From: Chrysomallon squamiferum
Taxonomy: Eukaryota > Animalia > Mollusca
Assembly: GCA_012295275.1 (NCBI GenBank)
Contig: CM022676.1
Span: 1,302,001-1,366,000 of the forward strand
Direction: 5' to 3'
DNA: 64,000 bases
Made by a program: the position numbers and the translations under genes. The notes under the pieces were generated by a model that searched no databases, was not told where the DNA came from, and saw only the letters and a list, made by a program, of their open reading frames with translations. The stretch's first letter is position 1. Each line of letters begins with the position of its first letter. Positions 63,741 through 64,000 of the stretch are shown piece after piece.

Positions 63741-64000
63741 GTATAAAAAATAATTCCTTTAAATTTTCTATAGAATGATAATGTTTTTTTGTTTGTTTTT
63801 TCTTGAAAATCTTTTATAATCTGAACTGACAGTTACTATTATTATTATTTTTATTAATTATTATTAAGTATTATTATTAATTGTGTTATTATTAGTCTGC
63901 TTAATAGAAATGCTATTACAGCAATAGAAAAAACATAAAATAGATATGAATAACATTATTTATACATGTGATAATATATGTGTTAATTTTGAGAAGAATT

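Overview
AT-rich, microsatellite-rich animal genomic DNA with spliceosomal GT-AG introns. It is invertebrate and looks lophotrochozoan or molluscan, but I cannot fix the taxon from sequence alone. The window has three parts. (1) 3077-25366 (+): a complete 31-exon long-type ABCC (MRP1-like) transporter of ~1550 aa, with one apparent 1-nt deletion in exon 9. Many of its splice sites are tandemly amplified into repeat arrays. (2) ~28.4-54 kb: a TIR-bounded non-autonomous DNA transposon, a ~1.43-kb tandem repeat (3+ units) and a ~10-kb segmental duplication. The duplication carries four stand-alone, single-coding-exon exonuclease-endonuclease-phosphatase (EEP/DNase I-like) genes in the order A1-B1-A2-B2, set in a mosaic of direct and inverted non-coding modules. 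B1 and B2 differ almost only by amino-acid-changing substitutions, and type A carries an 11-residue amphipathic repeat insertion. This cluster is the best candidate for an undescribed, rapidly evolving (possibly defence) system. (3) 60692 to the window end (+): the first five coding exons of a SID-1 family (SIDT1/2-like) gene. All calls come from manual reading and translation; no database searches were run.
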